32,000 nt of DNA from Crocosphaera subtropica ATCC 51142 (GTDB lineage: Bacteria > Cyanobacteriota > Cyanobacteriia > Cyanobacteriales > Microcystaceae), in NCBI RefSeq assembly GCF_000017845.1, contig NC_010546.1, positions 4,140,001 through 4,172,000 on the forward strand, in the 5' to 3' direction. Below the pieces are notes generated by a model that saw only the letters and a program-made list of their open reading frames with translations, did not search any database and was not told the DNA's origin. This document shows, piece after piece, positions 28,423-32,000 of this stretch (position 1 is the first letter of the stretch; every line of letters begins with the position of its first letter). The translations under genes were made by a program, and so were the position numbers.

Positions 28423-30231
28423 ATGCACCAACTCAAGCAATATTGGGTTGCTGAAAGACTTGACAAAGACTTAGGAGATCCGTGGACTCCTGAGAACGTA
28501 ATGTCGTTTAAGCAGGTCGTTGAGATCGACGAGAAAGAGGAATTTCCTCACTCAGAGATCGAATGGCTTTACAACTGGAAACTGCAACATTACTATGTTC
28601 CGGCGGAGTGTGGTGGGGAGTTTACTTCCTTTGAGGAATTTTTAGCATTTGTTCGTGTTTTATGTCGTCGAGATCAAACCATAGGGATCGCATTTACCAC
28701 CCTATTTTGGTCTTTTATCACTTGGATGGCAGGAACAGAAGAACAAAAGCAACAATTAGCCCAATACATCAAAAACGAAAACGGGGCGATGTGTTTAGGC
28801 TATTCTGAACGAGAACATGGGAGTGATCTTGTTGGGGGTGATTTAACGGCGCAAAAAGTCCCAGGAGGGTACATCCTCAACGGGGAAAAATGGCCGATTA
28901 ACCGCGCTACTATTTCAGGAATATCTTATATTTTGGCGAAAACCGATCCAGAGGGGGGACCAAAATGTTTAACCCTGTTTATGGTAGATAAACGTCAATT
29001 AAATCCTGATAATTATTACAATTTACCAAAAATTTTAACCCACGGTATCCGCGCATCGGATATGAGTGGGATCGGCTTTAAAGATTGTTTTGTTCCTGAC
29101 TCCATGCGAATTAAAGAGGAAGGAGACGGATTAGAATTTGCTTTAAAAGGCTTTCAAGTGACTCGGACGTTCTGCGCTGCCTTTTCTTTGGGTGCAGCCG
29201 ACACTGCTTTGAGAACCACCTTAAATTTTGCAATCAAACGGGTTGTTTATGGGAAAAAGGTTATCGATATTCCCCAACCCCGTAAAGTGCTGGTGGATGC
29301 TTTCTTAGATATCTTAATCTGTGATTGCGAAACCATTGGTGCAGCAAGAGGATTTCATATTATCCCCGAACAATTTAGCGTTTGGGCCTCGGTGACTAAA
29401 TATTTCGTCACCACCCAAATAGAAACCATGATCAACAGCGTTTATACAGTCCTAGGATCACGGTTCTATATGCGAGAAGAACACGACTGGGGTATCTTCC
29501 AAAAGGTGCTACGGGATAATTCCATCATCAGTATGTTTGATGGTAGTACAGTGGTTAATTTACACGCGCTGATGCTTCAGTTTAGACAATTAACCAAACA
29601 AAGATCCCGTCGTAAACCAGAAGCGATCGCAGATTTACAAAAACGTTTAGAAGCCATCTTTTCCCTAGAGCAACCCTTACCTTCCTTTAACGGAGAGAAA
29701 CTCGAATTATTTGGGCGAGGGGCCGATGATCCCCTACAAGGATTAGAAATAGCCCTACAACAGCTAGAAGCGTTTAAAGAAACCACAGACACAGATGAGG
29801 AAGTGTTAGAAAAGCTGATAGTTTTGGGTAATTTAGTTTTAGAGGAATTAAACGCCCACGATGAGTTAATTGCTAACTCAAAGTTTGAATATGGCCATGA
29901 TCAATCCCCAGAATTGTTTGAAGTTGCCAAAACCTACTGTACCCTTCATGCTGCGGCCTGTTGTTTACAGATGTGGTTATACAATCGAACAATTTTAGGG
30001 GACTTTTTTGCTCAAGGGGAATGGTTAGTCTTAAGCTTACACCGACTCTTAAGAACAATGCGTCCCTTACCTTACAGCATTTCTGATGTTTATGTAGAAA
30101 ATACCGCCCAAGAACTGCTAAAACTTTATAAAGAAGATAAACTGTTTTCAATCGTTCCTTTTCAATTAGCTCATTCACCGATAAACGAGGATCGCTCTTA
30201 TGCAACTTCAAAGCTCCAGCTACAAGCTTAA
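28423..30231 (+). CDS. Acyl-CoA dehydrogenase-family flavoprotein, atypical (602 aa, long C-terminal extension)
   Basis: Strong SD AGGAGG (28411-28416). ACAD middle-domain pattern GYSEREHGSDLVGGDLTAQKVPGGYILNGEKWPINRA. C-terminal-domain pattern VLRDNSIISMFDGSTVVNL, with Asp where classic ACADs have the catalytic Glu. About 229 residues follow that motif. Confidence 0.85.
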   Translation: MHQLKQYWVAERLDKDLGDPWTPENVMSFKQVVEIDEKEEFPHSEIEWLYNWKLQHYYVPAECGGEFTSFEEFLAFVRVLCRRDQTIGIAFTTLFWSFITWMAGTEEQKQQLAQYIKNENGAMCLGYSEREHGSDLVGGDLTAQKVPGGYILNGEKWPINRATISGISYILAKTDPEGGPKCLTLFMVDKRQLNPDNYYNLPKILTHGIRASDMSGIGFKDCFVPDSMRIKEEGDGLEFALKGFQVTRTFCAAFSLGAADTALRTTLNFAIKRVVYGKKVIDIPQPRKVLVDAFLDILICDCETIGAARGFHIIPEQFSVWASVTKYFVTTQIETMINSVYTVLGSRFYMREEHDWGIFQKVLRDNSIISMFDGSTVVNLHALMLQFRQLTKQRSRRKPEAIADLQKRLEAIFSLEQPLPSFNGEKLELFGRGADDPLQGLEIALQQLEAFKETTDTDEEVLEKLIVLGNLVLEELNAHDELIANSKFEYGHDQSPELFEVAKTYCTLHAAACCLQMWLYNRTILGDFFAQGEWLVLSLHRLLRTMRPLPYSISDVYVENTAQELLKLYKEDKLFSIVPFQLAHSPINEDRSYATSKLQLQA

Positions 30232-30613
30232 TAACCAAGCAACAGCAACTACCACGCCAGTCGAAACTGTCCAAAATTGGCTGATTAAGCAGTTAGCTGA
30301 GCAGTTACGTCTTGACCCTGCTAGTATTAAACTCACCGAACCGTTTACCCGCTATGGCCTTGATTCTATTGATGCTGTGACCCTAGTAGGAGACTTAGAA
30401 GACTGGTTAGACTTAGACCTTCCTGATACTTTATTTTGGGATCATCCCACTGTAGAAAAATCAGCCAAGTATCTTGAAGAAAATTATGATCTTGCTGATG
30501 CAGTGAGTAATATTGAATCAGAAGAAACAGTAACCGAAACACCCATTAATGAAACTCAAGATAATAATAACGACAAAAAAGGATGGGGAAATCTTTTTGG
30601 AAGATTCAAGTAA
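30200..30613 (+). CDS. Stand-alone acyl/peptidyl carrier protein (phosphopantetheine-binding) with a ~45-aa C-terminal tail
   Basis: Contains FTRYGLDSIDAVTLVGDLEDWLDLDLPDTLFWDHPTVEKSAKYL. This is the PP-binding signature with the attachment Ser56 (TCT 30365-30367). GAGGA SD at 30187-30191. The ATG overlaps the ACAD-like gene by 32 nt. Confidence 0.85.
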   Translation: MQLQSSSYKLNNQATATTTPVETVQNWLIKQLAEQLRLDPASIKLTEPFTRYGLDSIDAVTLVGDLEDWLDLDLPDTLFWDHPTVEKSAKYLEENYDLADAVSNIESEETVTETPINETQDNNNDKKGWGNLFGRFK

Positions 30614-30635
30614 AAAATAAACCATAAAATATCAA

Positions 30636-30676
30636 TAGGGTTAGCCAAGAAGAAAACTTGACTAACCCTAATTTTT
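30636..30676 (+). terminator. Rho-independent terminator after the carrier-protein gene
   Basis: TAGGGTTAG-C-CAAG (30636-30649) pairs with CTTG-A-CTAACCCTA (30657-30670). That gives 9 + 4 bp with one mismatch and a 7-nt loop, followed by ATTTTTA. Confidence 0.7.
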
Positions 30677-30865
30677 AATAGAACACTTCTCAAAATCAAA
30701 CGTCTTAAACCCCCAATTATTTCATGGCAACAATGACAACTCCGAACTCAGGTTTATGAGCGACTGAAACGTGACTTGACCTGCTATAGTATTAAAAATT
30801 CTATCTTCTGTTTCTCTAGAACTCAATAATTGGGTTTCATAGCTTAAATATAAATTATTATATGT

Positions 30866-32000
30866 ATGAATTACTCTGATTTTTCTTTTTGGTGGATTTT
30901 AATTTTATTTAGCGTTCCCTTTTTTACGGTTCGTTATTTAGCGCAGTCAGCTAATCTATGGCGTGGAATTTTTGATAGTATTGGTCTATTAGCTTTATCG
31001 TTTCTGCTCTTTTTCCATGCAAGTCGCTCTAGCTTTGTTATTTTTGTCGCTGAGCTTATTTTTAACTATTTGATGGTGCAATGGATGTTGCGATCGCAAG
31101 GTTGGAAAGCAAAGATAATTGCCACTATTCTTATTGTTATTAATGTTTCTATTTTAGCCTATTTTAAATACTTAATTTTCTTTGTTGAGGACGTTATTGG
31201 TTTATTTATCAATGTACCCGAAAATTGGCAAGAATTATCCCCCATTCCTGTTAAAAATCGTATTCCTCCAGGAGTTTCATTTTATACCTTTCAGATGGTT
31301 GCTTTTGTAGTAGATTCTCTTAATGCCAGAAAAAAGAAACCTATTTCTTTTATTGATTATCTTAATTTTGTTGCTTTTTTCCCTCAAATTGTAGCAGGAC
31401 CGATTGAAAGAAGAAAAGATTTATTTCCTCAGATTGAATCTTTTCGTTTTAAATTTAAGGTAGAAAACTTTGAAACAGGGTTAAGATGGATTACTTTGGG
31501 TTTATTTATGAAGTTTGTTTTAGCGGATAATATTGCTCCTTATATTAATTTAGAAATTGCTGATAATGCTTGGACAGTTTGGTTTTTTGCTTTATTATTT
31601 ACCCTAAGAATTTACTTTGATTTTGCGGGTTATAGTTTTGTTGCTATCGGTATTGCCAGCTTTTTAGGGGTTAAATTAACGGTTAACTTTTTAGCCCCTT
31701 ATACCTCCCAAAGTATCAATGAATTTTGGCGACGTTGGCACATTACCCTAAGTACCTGGTTTAGAGATTATGTCTTTTTACCGTTAATGGGATCAAATAA
31801 AAAATGGGCAGCTTTTTACCTATTCTTAACTTTTACGTTATCAGGATTTTGGCATGGTGCTGCCTGGAATTTCATCATCTGGGGTGCTTATCACGGTGCA
31901 TTATTGTTAGTATTAAGGTATTTAGGTCGTCCTTTCTATGGCTTAGTCGGAAGTTATTTTCCTCGTCCTCAAATTGTCTCTTGGTTTTTAACCTTTGCCT
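30866..32000 (+). CDS. MBOAT-family membrane O-acyltransferase (AlgI/DltB/PatA type), N-terminal 378 codons; runs off the window
   Basis: Not in the ORF track because it has no in-window stop. Hand translation from ATG 30866 gives MNYSDFSFWWILILF...GVSFYTFQMVAFVVD...FFPQIVAGPIERRKD...FWRRWHITLSTWFRDYVFLPL...SGFWHGAAWNFIIWGAYHG. It stays open to 32000, and the invariant MBOAT His is in RRWHITLS (CAC 31739-31741). Confidence 0.9.
   Translation, partial: MNYSDFSFWWILILFSVPFFTVRYLAQSANLWRGIFDSIGLLALSFLLFFHASRSSFVIFVAELIFNYLMVQWMLRSQGWKAKIIATILIVINVSILAYFKYLIFFVEDVIGLFINVPENWQELSPIPVKNRIPPGVSFYTFQMVAFVVDSLNARKKKPISFIDYLNFVAFFPQIVAGPIERRKDLFPQIESFRFKFKVENFETGLRWITLGLFMKFVLADNIAPYINLEIADNAWTVWFFALLFTLRIYFDFAGYSFVAIGIASFLGVKLTVNFLAPYTSQSINEFWRRWHITLSTWFRDYVFLPLMGSNKKWAAFYLFLTFTLSGFWHGAAWNFIIWGAYHGALLLVLRYLGRPFYGLVGSYFPRPQIVSWFLTFA

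Noticed and set aside
29577-30274. Minus-strand ORFs 29577-29792 (71 aa) and 29873-30274 (133 aa) antisense to the ACAD-like and carrier genes
   Set aside because: The plus-strand frames carry clear ACAD and PP-binding signatures. The antisense products are Cys/Arg/Leu-rich without motifs. An antisense gene cannot be excluded, but nothing supports one.
30724-30759. 11-codon ORF (MATMTTPNSGL) in the ACP-MBOAT spacer
   Set aside because: It is too short, has no SD, and has no feature of a leader peptide such as codon runs for a regulatory amino acid.

Overview
Cyanobacterial chromosomal segment: AT-rich, 10 exact copies of the HIP1 octamer GCGATCGC, and a plastid-like ribosomal-protein gene order. 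Left arm (1-9.1 kb): grpE-dnaK (minus strand), an orphan HPt phosphotransfer protein, a J-domain/pentapeptide-repeat fusion, leuA, a small secreted Cys-containing protein, a fructosamine-kinase-family gene and an M16 peptidase. Centre (9.8-27.3 kb): one co-directional housekeeping cluster, rplC-rplD-rplW-rplB-rpsS-rplV-rpsC-rplP-rpmC-rpsQ-rplN-rplX-rplE-rpsH-rplF-rplR-rpsE-rplO-secY-adk-infA-rpmJ-rpsM-rpsK-rpoA-rplQ-truA-rplM-rpsI-rpmE-prfA. It lacks rpsJ, rpsN and rpmD, as is usual in cyanobacteria. Three r-protein genes (rpmJ, rpsK and probably rpmE) show reading-frame anomalies located exactly at poly-A (Lys-Lys) runs. Right arm (27.3-32 kb) is the only accessory-looking part. It holds a VOC/glyoxalase-fold protein, a tail-anchored coiled-coil protein, and an acyl-CoA-dehydrogenase-family flavoenzyme translationally coupled to a stand-alone carrier protein. 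An MBOAT (AlgI/DltB-type) membrane O-acyltransferase follows and runs off the window. This trio is my best candidate for an undescribed, Dlt-like carrier-protein-dependent surface-acylation system. I recognised no tRNA, rRNA, CRISPR array, transposase or integrase. All calls come from reading the sequence and the ORF track; no database search was possible.
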